Below, piece by piece: positions 46,870 through 55,642 of a stretch of DNA of 64,000 nt. The notes under the pieces are model-generated. The model was not told where the DNA came from, did not search any database, and saw only the letters and a program-made list of their open reading frames with translations. The stretch is taken from NCBI GenBank assembly GCA_035341015.1, contig DAOQUL010000001.1, positions 61,532-125,531 on the forward strand. The letters run 5' to 3'. How positions within the stretch are numbered: the first letter of the stretch is position 1; each line of letters starts with the position of its first letter. A program made the position numbers and the translations under genes. Origin of the DNA: Anaerolineales bacterium. GTDB lineage: Bacteria; Chloroflexota; Anaerolineae; Anaerolineales; UBA4823.

Positions 46870-49800
46870 ATGATCATCAGAAGGATTGTTCATCTGGTTT
46901 GTGCATTGGGTATGATAGGCGGCATGCTTCCTGGTGGGGCGACTGCTGCTGTGGATGCGCCTACCGGCGAGCAACCTGGCATGGAGATTTTACACTCTGA
47001 CTCTGCTGGGTTATTGGTCGAGCTGAGCGTCCCGAATTACACTGTCCAACAGAAAATGGTTGATGGTTTGACGTACGAGCAACTAGAGGTGCCTGGCTAT
47101 TCCTTGATCACCGAGTCGGGGGTTCCGCAGTTGCCGGTCAAAGGTTTGATGATTGGCGTGCCGGCAGGGGCAGAAGTGCAGATCAATATCCTGGAAGACG
47201 ATGCAGTGGGGCTTGCCGGTCAATTCAACCTGGCTGCTGCTCCTTATCCGGTACCTCTGGAAGACGAGACCGATACAGGGAGTTACGCTTATCTGCCGGG
47301 TATTCCTTTTGAACATGCGGGCGAGTATTATCCGCAATCCCCTATTTATGTCGGTGAGGATGGCTGGGTGCGCGACCAACGCGTTGCCCGCCTGGTGTTC
47401 TCTCCTTTTCAATATCAATCTAATGCAGGGTCTTTAATTTGGCACCGCAGGGTGTTGGTAGAAATCAACTTCATCGAGGGTATTGCTGCATCATTGACGG
47501 GCAGCGATTTGCCTGCGGCAGATCAAGCCGGTTTGTACGATCCAATTCTGCGGGGCGCATTGTTGAATTATGACGCGGCCCAGGCCTGGCGATCGATGCC
47601 GGAGATTGTTGGTGTGCACACCACCAGTGTCGAGGGGGAGCGGGTAAAAATCCAGGTCGATGAGGATGGCATTTACAAAGTCACCTATGAGGACTTGGCG
47701 ACGGCGGGGTGGAATCCGTCAACTATCGACCCTGCTACATTGAGCCTTTCAAGCCAGGGTGAGAATGTTGCGATTTCAATTGTAGGTGAGGTCGACGGCA
47801 GCTTTGACCCGGGTGATTACATCCTTTTTTACGGAGAAGAATTCCGCGGTGAGCGAATGGCGGCCTGGTATGCAGATGAAGATGACCATTGGTTGACATA
47901 TCTTCAGCAGCGCTCAGATGGCACAACCGCGTTATGGCACCCAGAGTTCACCCCCAAGATGTTGGAGTTGTACACCAGTATCAATGTATATTGGCTGTGG
48001 GTTGATCCGGTTGGCGAGCCGCTGCGCATGGCGGTTGAAGATGCCACGCCAGTCTCATCGCTTGTTCAAGATACCTACCAGGCCACTGCCAGGGCTGAAC
48101 GCAATCTCGAATATTGGGAATTCCATTTTACAGATGAGGACCCCTGGTTTTGGGAATATATTGAGAGTAATTCTGTAGGTACCTATCCCATAACGGTTAC
48201 TGGCCTGCCCGCAGCACCTGCGAACGTCACAATACGAGGCGAGTTGGTTTCGTGGAGTTCAAACGATAATGCCGGGCCTGACCACCATACGGTGATTGAA
48301 ATCAATACAACTTCTGTAGATGAAGCCTATTGGGACGGCATCAGCCGCTATCATTTTGAAGCGACGGTTTCAAGCTCAGCGTTGGTTGAGGGAATAAACT
48401 TAATCAAGTATCACAGTGTGGGTGATACGGTTGTCTATCCTCAGATGCTTGTGGATTGGTTTGAGATCATTTATGATCGCTGTTTTCTGGCGGTCAACGA
48501 TGAGCTGATGTTCTCGGGCGACGAGGCGGGCACCTGGCAGTACCAGGTTACCGGGTTGGCCAGCTCAACAGTCCAGGTATTGGATATTATCTCTCCGCTG
48601 CAGCCGGTGGTCCTTTCAAATGCGGTTGTTACTGCCGATGGGGGCGGATACCGGGTGGCTTTTGACGCTGAGCGCCCGGCGGGAGCCCAATTTTACCTGG
48701 CGGGTGATGGAGCCCTGAAAAGCCCGTTATCGGTGTCTGTGTACAATCCCCCTGATTTGCGTTCGTCTGGCAACCAGGCCGATTATATTATTATCACGCA
48801 CCCTGACTTCCTGGCTGCCTCACAGGTCCTGGCGAATTACCGTTCTGAGCAGATGTTGCAAACATTGGTTGTCAATGTTGAGGATATCTATAATGAGTTT
48901 GGGGAGGGGATTTTTCACTCGCAGGCGATCAAAAACTTTCTGGAATATACATTTTCGAATTGGCAGCCGCCGGCGCCGTCTTATGTGGTACTGATCGGGG
49001 ATGGACATTGGAACATGCACGGGTGGAGGCCGGCCGATTATGGCACGGCACCGGTGTTCATGCCGCCCAACCTGGAATGGGTGGACCCCTGGCACGGCCT
49101 GGTGGATACGACCACTTCTTTAGCCAATGTTGTTGGGCCCGACTCGCTGCCTGATCTAGAAATTGGACGCATCCCGGTTAACACGGTTGCAGAGTTCCAG
49201 GCGGTGATCAACAAGATTGAGACTTTTGAAACCTCAACTCCTGAAGAATGGCAGTTGCACAATTTGTTCATTGCAGATAATACGCCTGATTACGCCGGGA
49301 ATTTCCCGGCATTGGCAAACGCGATCATCAGCGATTACCAGGAACCAGGTTTTACGATGGACAAAATTTACCTGGATGATTTTATGGATACAGGCACGTG
49401 TGGAACGCCGCTTTGGCGAGGATCACAGTGCCCGAATGCCACCCAGGCGATAAAAGATAAGCTCGACACAACCGGGGCTCAAATCGTCAATTATATTGGG
49501 CATGCATCATATACATTATGGACCAATGAGCGTGTCTTCTCGTATCGAGCTTCCAGCCCATATTACAACGATGTTGCCGACCTGGATAACGGCGATCGCT
49601 TGCCGGTCGTCCTGGCATGGACATGCCTGGAGGGTTTTTGGTTCCACCCGGTTGAACAGCCGAGCATGGCTGAATTGTTCTTGCGTACTGATGGGCGAGG
49701 GGCTGTGGCTACCTTCTCACCGACAGGCCTGGGGGTTGCCAACGGACACGATGCTTTGCAGCGCGGCTTTTACGATGCGGTTTACGAATATGGGGTGTGG

Positions 49801-52518
49801 ACTTTGGGGCCGGCAGTCTCGAATGCCCGCTTGAGACTCTTTGGGGAGGCTGGCAATCACCCTCTGATCTACACTTATTTATTGTTTGGAGACCCGGCCT
49901 TAAAGTTATTGAGCCCTTATGGACTGGAAGCATCCCCCAGCGAGGCTCACCAGACGGGTCCAACAGATGCGGTGATTGACTATACCCTGAGCCTGACCAA
50001 CACCGGGATGATTACCGATACGTATGATCTATCGGTGTCTGGCAACACCTGGGTGACCAACTTGCCTTACGGGTCTGTCACGCTGGCGGCAGGTGAAAAC
50101 CGGACCCTCACCGTGCAAGTGCAAATTCCTGCCGGTGTCTCCAAAGGCAGTACGGACACAGCGGTGATCCAAATACAATCAAGGGGCGATCAGGAAGCAG
50201 CCTTTGAAACACATCTGGTGACCACAGCGGATGTATGGGTGGTGGTCAGCCCCACAACGGCTAATGCCATTGATTTGCCGGGCGCCGTAGTGACGTACAA
50301 TTTCCAGGCCACCAACACAAGCGATCAAAGCCGTTCTTTCAACCTGGCCTTGGGCGCTTACACCTGGTTCACTCAATTGGAGAAGACTGTGATTGGCCCG
50401 CTGGCCCCAGGGGCAAGCGCTAATTTTTGGGTGCGCGTCAATATCCCTGCGGGCGCTGCAGATTATGACTTTGACGCGACGACGGTTACCCTGGCATCGC
50501 AGACGGATGCCAGGTACCGGGCGGTTGCGAACATCACGACGACCGCGAGAACCTATGGGGTGAGTATTTCTCCTGCCTCTCAAAACATTGAGGGGGCTGT
50601 GGGAACAGTGGAGCGTTATTGGCTGCAAATTGCCAATACGGGTGGGTACCCGGATACGTATGATCTGTCGACTGCCAGCGCGCTGGGCTGGGTGGTGACG
50701 CCGTCTGTGAATACAGTTGGTCCCTTGGCGGTGGGGGGAACTACCGGCTTATGGGTGGATGTACGGATCCCTCCAGGCATCCCTGGCGGCACAATCGATA
50801 CAACCCTGGTCCAGGCCCAATCGCAAGCCGACCAAGATGTGGCAGCACAGGCGAGCCTGGTGACTACGGCACGGGTATATGGAGTTGAAGTCAGCCCAAC
50901 TAATGCCAGCGTTACTGGTTTGCCGGGTGCTGTGGTGACGTACAATTTCCAGGTCACCAACACAGGCGGCCAAAGCGATTCGTTCGACCTGGCCTTGGGT
51001 GCTTATACCTGGCCTACCCAGTTGGAGAAGACTGTGATTGGCCCTCTGTCCCCGGGGGCAAGTGCCAACTTTTGGGTGCGCGTCAGCATCCCTGCGGGCG
51101 TTGCAGATTATGACCTTGACGCGACGACGCTCGCCCTGGCATCGCAGAAAGACGCCAGGTTCGGGGCGGTTGCGAGTATGACGACGACCGCAAGGACTTA
51201 TGGGGTGAGCATATCTCCAGCGTCTCAAAATGGTAAAGGTCTGACAGATACCGTCGAACGATACTGGCTGCAAATTGCCAATACGGGTGGGTACCCAGAT
51301 ACGTATGATCTGTCGGCTGCCAGCGCGCTGGGCTGGGTGGTGACGCCGTCTGTGAATACAGTTGGTCCTTTGGCGGTGGGGGGAACTACCGGCTTATGGG
51401 TGGATGTGCAGATCCCCTCGGGTATTCCTGGCGGCACGATCGATACAGCACGGGTTCAGGCCCGATCGCAGGCGGATCAAAATGTGGCAGCACAGGCAAG
51501 CTTGATCACGTTGGCGAATGTGTATGGACTTGAGCTTGATCCACCTGTTGCCAGCGCAGTTGGCTTGCCGGGCACAACGGTAACTTACACCTTCCAGGTC
51601 ACCAATACAAGCAACTTAAGCGATGCGTTCGATTTGACAGTTGGCGAGCATGAATGGTTCACCCTGCCGGAAATGGTTTTGATTGGCCCAATTGAACCGG
51701 GGGTGAGTATCGATTTCACTGTGCGTGTCGATATCCCTGTGAGCGCTGCTGACTATGATTTCGATAGCACCGTAATAACCCTGACATCGCATACAGACGC
51801 CAATCGCCAGGCAATTACCACTCTGACGACAACTGCTCGTACCTATGGGGTGGATGTTGCGCCAGTTTCTCAAAGCAAGGCTGGTACGGCAGGGACGGTT
51901 GTGCGGTATTGGCTGCAAGTCATTAACACTGGCGGGTATCCAGATACCTTTAATATCTCGGTTCTAAGCACACAGGGCTGGGATGTGACGCCTGGTGCAA
52001 TTGCGATTGGTCCCTTGGCGGCAGGCGAAACTGCACAAGTGTGGATTGATGCTGAAATTCCGGGTGATGTATCGGGCGGAACCGAAGACGCGGCGCGGGT
52101 TGATATTGTTTCAGAGGGTGATGGCGCTAAAAGCACTGCTGCTTTGTTATATACGACCGCCAATGTTTATGGCTTGAATGTAACGACATCGATGCCATCC
52201 CAGAGTGCTTTTCCTGGTTCGGTCATCACCTATACACTGCAAGTCACCAATCTGGCGAATATCAGTGATACTTTTTCTGTGACACTGGGATCTTACCAAT
52301 GGGAGACTTCCTTATCGCATTCGAGCCTGTCGTTGTTGGCGGGCGAAGCGGGGCAAATTGAAGTGTATGTAACGGTGCCCAATGGAAGCAGGTTGGGTGA
52401 TCTGGATGCGGTGAGCGTTCGCCTGGTGTCGCAGGGCGATCCGATGAAGAGTGCTCAACTAACCCTGGCATCATCTACTTTGGAAGCGCGTATTTTCTTG
52501 CCAATTACGATGAGATAA
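46870..52518 (+). CDS. giant secreted C25 (gingipain-family) cysteine peptidase with propeptide-like N-terminus and ~8 C-terminal Ig-like (CARDB/NEW3-type) modules
   Basis: 1882 aa with a signal peptide. The C25 core reads ADYIIITHPDF...YVVLIGDGH, with catalytic His in NYIGHAS (49501-49503) and Cys in LAWTCLEG (49624-49626). The C-terminal modules carry T(Y/F)xxQ(V/A)TNT...D(T/S)(Y/F)(D/N)L(S/A) motifs. Confidence 0.85.
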   Translation: MIIRRIVHLVCALGMIGGMLPGGATAAVDAPTGEQPGMEILHSDSAGLLVELSVPNYTVQQKMVDGLTYEQLEVPGYSLITESGVPQLPVKGLMIGVPAGAEVQINILEDDAVGLAGQFNLAAAPYPVPLEDETDTGSYAYLPGIPFEHAGEYYPQSPIYVGEDGWVRDQRVARLVFSPFQYQSNAGSLIWHRRVLVEINFIEGIAASLTGSDLPAADQAGLYDPILRGALLNYDAAQAWRSMPEIVGVHTTSVEGERVKIQVDEDGIYKVTYEDLATAGWNPSTIDPATLSLSSQGENVAISIVGEVDGSFDPGDYILFYGEEFRGERMAAWYADEDDHWLTYLQQRSDGTTALWHPEFTPKMLELYTSINVYWLWVDPVGEPLRMAVEDATPVSSLVQDTYQATARAERNLEYWEFHFTDEDPWFWEYIESNSVGTYPITVTGLPAAPANVTIRGELVSWSSNDNAGPDHHTVIEINTTSVDEAYWDGISRYHFEATVSSSALVEGINLIKYHSVGDTVVYPQMLVDWFEIIYDRCFLAVNDELMFSGDEAGTWQYQVTGLASSTVQVLDIISPLQPVVLSNAVVTADGGGYRVAFDAERPAGAQFYLAGDGALKSPLSVSVYNPPDLRSSGNQADYIIITHPDFLAASQVLANYRSEQMLQTLVVNVEDIYNEFGEGIFHSQAIKNFLEYTFSNWQPPAPSYVVLIGDGHWNMHGWRPADYGTAPVFMPPNLEWVDPWHGLVDTTTSLANVVGPDSLPDLEIGRIPVNTVAEFQAVINKIETFETSTPEEWQLHNLFIADNTPDYAGNFPALANAIISDYQEPGFTMDKIYLDDFMDTGTCGTPLWRGSQCPNATQAIKDKLDTTGAQIVNYIGHASYTLWTNERVFSYRASSPYYNDVADLDNGDRLPVVLAWTCLEGFWFHPVEQPSMAELFLRTDGRGAVATFSPTGLGVANGHDALQRGFYDAVYEYGVWTLGPAVSNARLRLFGEAGNHPLIYTYLLFGDPALKLLSPYGLEASPSEAHQTGPTDAVIDYTLSLTNTGMITDTYDLSVSGNTWVTNLPYGSVTLAAGENRTLTVQVQIPAGVSKGSTDTAVIQIQSRGDQEAAFETHLVTTADVWVVVSPTTANAIDLPGAVVTYNFQATNTSDQSRSFNLALGAYTWFTQLEKTVIGPLAPGASANFWVRVNIPAGAADYDFDATTVTLASQTDARYRAVANITTTARTYGVSISPASQNIEGAVGTVERYWLQIANTGGYPDTYDLSTASALGWVVTPSVNTVGPLAVGGTTGLWVDVRIPPGIPGGTIDTTLVQAQSQADQDVAAQASLVTTARVYGVEVSPTNASVTGLPGAVVTYNFQVTNTGGQSDSFDLALGAYTWPTQLEKTVIGPLSPGASANFWVRVSIPAGVADYDLDATTLALASQKDARFGAVASMTTTARTYGVSISPASQNGKGLTDTVERYWLQIANTGGYPDTYDLSAASALGWVVTPSVNTVGPLAVGGTTGLWVDVQIPSGIPGGTIDTARVQARSQADQNVAAQASLITLANVYGLELDPPVASAVGLPGTTVTYTFQVTNTSNLSDAFDLTVGEHEWFTLPEMVLIGPIEPGVSIDFTVRVDIPVSAADYDFDSTVITLTSHTDANRQAITTLTTTARTYGVDVAPVSQSKAGTAGTVVRYWLQVINTGGYPDTFNISVLSTQGWDVTPGAIAIGPLAAGETAQVWIDAEIPGDVSGGTEDAARVDIVSEGDGAKSTAALLYTTANVYGLNVTTSMPSQSAFPGSVITYTLQVTNLANISDTFSVTLGSYQWETSLSHSSLSLLAGEAGQIEVYVTVPNGSRLGDLDAVSVRLVSQGDPMKSAQLTLASSTLEARIFLPITMR
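50230..52164 (+). repeat. 3 x 645-nt in-frame tandem repeat (each encodes two Ig-like modules) inside the giant C25 gene
   Basis: The units start at about 50230, 50875 and 51520. Units 1 and 2 are highly similar. A 140-nt core (50623-50762 vs 51268-51407) differs at only 3 positions by my reading. Unit 3 is more diverged. A half unit follows, to about 52480. Confidence 0.85.
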
Positions 52519-52577
52519 GAGAATCTTCGTAATCCTATCGGGCTGGTAATGGAAGTGCTAGTATAATCAGGCTCTGA

Positions 52578-53444
52578 GTGGAAATTATGAGGCGCTGGTT
52601 TCGGGTTGTTATTTTCGGTGTATTCCTTTTGCTGTTGGCTGCGACCAATCTATCGGCGCAGGCGGCGGTAGACCTGCTCTATTTTTACGCGCATGGTCAG
52701 GCAGATCGGATCAACCTGGAATGGGAAACAGCCCAAGAACTCAATCATGCTGGGTTTTATATTCAGCGCAGCCTGGAGGCGTCATCGGGTTTTGCTCGTA
52801 TCAGCAATTTCATTCCTCCACTAGGGTTTGGGGTGGGCGGGCATTATTATACATACGATGACCTGACTGCTGAACCAGGGGTAACGTATTATTACAAGTT
52901 GGAGAGCGTGGATACGGGAGGAAATTCTGAGCTGACAGAGGCGGTATCGGCTGCGATTCAGAGCAATACGTTGACACCAACCGTTACCCCGACTGGATCG
53001 ACCCCTACCCCTACGCTGACACTTACCTTGGCCCCCCCTACAGAGACGCTGACACGGACGCCTACATCGGCTGTGGCTGCAACGAAAACGCCTACCCGGT
53101 CACCTACCGTGGCAGTTCTTTATCCAACCTCAACACCCAAGCACAGCTTGACGCCGGTGGTTCCTACGCCTACGATAACCATCACGCCCACCCCTACGCG
53201 TACCCCTACAACGACGTTGTTACCATTGCCAGAGTTGGCCTTGCTTTTCCCCGCGTCGACCTCAACACTCAGTCCGACGCCCACTAGGCTTCCAACGCTA
53301 ACGCATACTCCTGTGCCTGATGGGCAGGTCGAAAATGGGATCCGTCTATCGCCGCGAGTGATTTTGCTGATCGCAGTGGTGGCTTTATTATGGCTTCTTT
53401 TGGGCGGATTCATTATTCTGTATTCTCGTTATGTTGGGCGCTGA
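52578..53444 (+). CDS. cell-surface protein: signal peptide, YYY beta-sandwich module, ~120-aa Pro/Thr linker, C-terminal TM plus basic tail (paralog family A)
   Basis: The module reads LEWETAQELNHAGFYIQRS...YTYDDLTAEPGVTYYYKLESVDTGGN. The PT linker spans about 52965-53320. The C-terminus is VILLIAVVALLWLLLGGFIILYSRYVGR. GTG at 52578; an alternative ATG lies at 52587. Confidence 0.65.
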   Translation: MEIMRRWFRVVIFGVFLLLLAATNLSAQAAVDLLYFYAHGQADRINLEWETAQELNHAGFYIQRSLEASSGFARISNFIPPLGFGVGGHYYTYDDLTAEPGVTYYYKLESVDTGGNSELTEAVSAAIQSNTLTPTVTPTGSTPTPTLTLTLAPPTETLTRTPTSAVAATKTPTRSPTVAVLYPTSTPKHSLTPVVPTPTITITPTPTRTPTTTLLPLPELALLFPASTSTLSPTPTRLPTLTHTPVPDGQVENGIRLSPRVILLIAVVALLWLLLGGFIILYSRYVGR

Positions 53445-53476
53445 TTAATCCTTTGTGGTACGGCAAACAGGTGCAT

Positions 53477-55642
53477 ATGGTCAAGCACTGTTCTTCATGG
53501 ATCCAACCAGCCAGGTTCGTGCTAATTGTGTTTTTCGCTGCCTTTGGGGGCCTGTGCAGCGCCTGCGGCCGCGCCTCGCAGGAGGTTGTCCCAACGGCAG
53601 CCGTTCTAGTGCCAGGGGAACGCGGGGCCTTGAAGCTTTACGTGGCTCAGGAAGGTATTTACCGGCTAAGACAAGCTGAGCTAGACTATCTTGGATTTAA
53701 CCTGGATCCTGTGGACCCCATGCGTTTTGAGTTGTCTCTTCGTGGGGCAGCGCAGCCTTTGTGGGTGCTTCAAGACGATGGCGAATTCACGTTGTTCTTT
53801 TATGGCATTGGCAGTGACAGCTTATACAGCCGAGAGGCTGTGTATTGGCTTGACCTTCTTCCTGAGCCGGCAGCGTTGACTCAGGCATGGAATGCAGAAG
53901 AGATTGCCGCACCCGGTGCGGCGGGGGCCCAATCGACTTACCAGGCTGCCATCCACCAAGAAGAGAACTTACTTTATTACCCCCAATCTACCCAAGATGA
54001 GCATTGGTATTGGGCGGCTGTTTATCCTGGGGTGCAGCAGGAATTTTCGATTGAATTGGCGGATGTGGCTGATGGTCCTGGGTATCTTCAAGTTGATGTA
54101 TGGGCAAATACTGAAGATGGTGTTTCGCCGGATCACCATACGCTTGTGAGCGTTAACGAGCAAGTGGTGATTGATGAGACCTGGGATGGGATTGGTCAGC
54201 ATACCCTGGAGGTTGAACTGCCGGCTGGCTTACTGGTGGAAGGCAATAACAAGGTGCGGGTGGAGTTGCCGGGCGACACAGGGGCCTCGGCCGAAGCGGT
54301 TCTGGTAAACTGGATCGCGTTTGATTATGCGCGAGTAGCACTCGCCGAGGATGATGCCTTGGTGTTTGACAGCGCCGGGTACGTTTTGTCGATCGATGGG
54401 ATGAAGGGTGCGCTGGCTGTTTTTGACATCACGCAAGCCAACCAGGCACAAATGCTGGGCAGCATGCGCTCGGACGGGCAGGTGAATTTCCAGGGCCAGG
54501 CTGAACAGCGCTATTTGATCGTTGGGCGGGATGGTTACCTTCAACCCACCCGCATGTCGGCAGCGGAGTTGTCGCCGGACCTGAGAACAGAGAGCCAGGG
54601 AGCTGAATACGTAGCGGTGGGTTCCGCCAACCTATTAGAGGCGTTGAAACCCATGCTGGAGTGGCGAACAAGCCAGGGTGTGAGCAGCCTGGCAGTGCCG
54701 TTAGAGGCGATCTACGATCAGTTCGGTGATGGCTTCCCTGAGCCGGAGGCAGTTCGTGTGTTTTTGCAGTATGCGGCCAGTCATTGGGAAACATCCCCCA
54801 AGTATGTGCTGTTGGTGGGCGATGCGACATTTGATCCGCTTGGATACCAGTCAGAGCCAGGAACCAATCTGCTGCCCACCTATTTTGTGCAAACATTTTA
54901 TGGGGGCCAAACCGCCAGCGATTTGATGTTTGCGCTTTTGGATGACGATGAGCTGCCTGACCTGGCGATTGGGCGAGTGCCGGTGCAGACCCAAGAACAA
55001 CTTGGTATTTTTGTGGAGAAGACGCTGGCTTATGAACAGAACGCTTCAGAGGCGGGTCTGGGTGATGTTTTGGCTGTGGCTGATGGGCAAGAGGCAAGTT
55101 TTAGGGGGGATGCACAGGCTTTTTTGGATTTGTTTGTGGGTCAAGAAACGGTCTTGTATGCCCCGGATGCGGGCAGCCAGGGTGCCAGCGACGCAATCAC
55201 CACTTATCTAGAGCAAGGATTTGGCCTGGTGGCCTATTTTGGGCATGGCAGTGTGAACATGTGGGGCAAGGACCGGCTGTTCACGGTAGAAGATGTGTCG
55301 GGCCTGTCGAATGAACATCTGCCGATTATGATCCATATGACTTGCTTGAATGGGCTCTTTACACACCCCAAGATGGTGTCTCTGGCTGAGGCACTGCTGC
55401 TGCAGCCGGGGGGAGGCGCAATAGCAGTATTGGCCCCCACCAGCCTGACCTTACCATTGGATCAGAGTTTTCTTAGCCAGCCGCTGGGGAGCAGCATTCT
55501 TGATCCATCGATTACCCGACTGGGGGATGCTTTGCTGCATGCTCAACGGCAGATCCCGGTAGATGGTGTGGGGACACAAGATGTTATTCGCACCTTTTTG
55601 CTGTTCGGCGACCCTGCGCTGCTTTTAGCTGGCAAGCCCTGA
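53477..55642 (+). CDS. C25 (gingipain-family) cysteine peptidase, second copy
   Basis: 721 aa with a signal peptide. It reads GIYRLRQAELDYLGF...FTLFFYG (as in the giant paralog) and AEYVAVGS...YVLLVGDATFDP. His is in YFGHGS (55244-55246) and Cys in HMTCLNG (55343-55345). The track ORF from 53390 is over-extended. Confidence 0.8.
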   Translation: MVKHCSSWIQPARFVLIVFFAAFGGLCSACGRASQEVVPTAAVLVPGERGALKLYVAQEGIYRLRQAELDYLGFNLDPVDPMRFELSLRGAAQPLWVLQDDGEFTLFFYGIGSDSLYSREAVYWLDLLPEPAALTQAWNAEEIAAPGAAGAQSTYQAAIHQEENLLYYPQSTQDEHWYWAAVYPGVQQEFSIELADVADGPGYLQVDVWANTEDGVSPDHHTLVSVNEQVVIDETWDGIGQHTLEVELPAGLLVEGNNKVRVELPGDTGASAEAVLVNWIAFDYARVALAEDDALVFDSAGYVLSIDGMKGALAVFDITQANQAQMLGSMRSDGQVNFQGQAEQRYLIVGRDGYLQPTRMSAAELSPDLRTESQGAEYVAVGSANLLEALKPMLEWRTSQGVSSLAVPLEAIYDQFGDGFPEPEAVRVFLQYAASHWETSPKYVLLVGDATFDPLGYQSEPGTNLLPTYFVQTFYGGQTASDLMFALLDDDELPDLAIGRVPVQTQEQLGIFVEKTLAYEQNASEAGLGDVLAVADGQEASFRGDAQAFLDLFVGQETVLYAPDAGSQGASDAITTYLEQGFGLVAYFGHGSVNMWGKDRLFTVEDVSGLSNEHLPIMIHMTCLNGLFTHPKMVSLAEALLLQPGGGAIAVLAPTSLTLPLDQSFLSQPLGSSILDPSITRLGDALLHAQRQIPVDGVGTQDVIRTFLLFGDPALLLAGKP

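Noticed and set aside
52965-53320. Short periodic repeats (ACNCCNAC...) that might have been a CRISPR-like or minisatellite array.
   Set aside because: They are in-frame Pro/Thr linker codons within a CDS. There are no constant repeat/variable spacer units and no cas genes. The same applies to the PT linkers at about 27650-27830 and 26750-26900.
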